Positions 63,678 to 64,000 of a stretch of DNA of 64,000 nt are shown here, one piece after another (the first letter of the stretch is position 1; every line of letters begins with the position of its first letter). This DNA is from Chlorokybus atmophyticus. Taxonomy: Eukaryota > Plantae > Mesostigma and Chlorokybus algae. The stretch spans positions 61,843 to 125,842 of the forward strand of contig RHPI01003753.1 of the NCBI GenBank assembly GCA_009103225.1. Direction: 5' to 3'. Below the pieces are notes generated by a model. It made no database searches. It was not told the origin of the DNA and was given only the letters and a program-made list of their open reading frames with translations. The translations under genes and the position numbers were made by a program.

Positions 63678-64000
63678 GAACTGAGTTCTGGAGCAGAGGG
63701 ATGCCCCAGAATCTCAGGGGGGGTGGCTTGTTGACTGTGTGCACTACAACACAGTCTGTACACAAAGGTGGCAAGCGGCATCGGCTCGTCCACTGCACTG
63801 AACACCGCGTGGGCTCATCTTCAAGCCTATGCCCACGATTGGGGGGTTGTCTTTTGCTTGCATGACTCCGATGCAATGCACGGCACTAGCATGCGTGCAG
63901 CACTAGCACTCCTCCGCAGCCTGTCCGAGACAAGGTTGCCCTCGACCATGACAGGCACGACAGCTGTCATGCCATCTACCCTCGCATGCCAGTCCTTCTC

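Larger units (their letters stand above)
53718..64000 (+). mobile_element. Ty3/Gypsy-like LTR retrotransposon encoding a C5 DNA methyltransferase and PHD finger (element 1); 3' LTR truncated by the window edge
   Basis: 63965-64000 (TGTCATGCCATCTACCCTCGCATGCCAGTCCTTCTC) repeats 53718-53753. Domain order between them is Gag-CCHCx2, unknown, PR, MTase, RT, RNase H, IN, PHD. Confidence 0.95.

Noticed and set aside
53718-64000. DIRS/Ngaro tyrosine-recombinase element, since DIRS elements can carry methyltransferases
   Set aside because: It encodes an aspartic protease and an HHCC/DDE integrase after RNase H, with no tyrosine recombinase motifs. The MTase is C5-type.

Overview
Eukaryotic, intron-rich nuclear DNA from a green-lineage organism, most plausibly a streptophyte (charophyte-type) alga; the taxon is inferred from gene content, and the standard genetic code is used. 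The left part (1-26 kb) is gene-dense: two unidentified spliced genes, GDP-mannose 3,5-epimerase (-), organellar prolyl-tRNA synthetase (+), an LRB/POB1-like BTB-BACK gene (-) and the nucleoporin NUA/TPR (+). At 26-36 kb lies a ~5 kb tandem duplication of a secreted NIDO + PKD-like + PDF1-like gene, with one copy pseudogenised and long (GA)n arrays in its introns. A pogo-type DNA transposon follows at 36.8-39.4 kb. The region 42-64 kb is a nest of three Ty3/Gypsy elements. The oldest is a degenerate minus-strand element carrying a dead DNA methyltransferase. A young chromovirus is inserted into its PHD finger (5-bp TSD). The third is a near-complete plus-strand element encoding Gag-CCHC, an unknown conserved domain, protease, a DNMT3-like C5 cytosine methyltransferase, RT, RNase H, integrase and a C-terminal PHD finger. 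The methyltransferase/PHD retrotransposons, their shared uncharacterised domain and their non-canonical termini are the main points of interest. All alignments were done by eye and no database searches were run.
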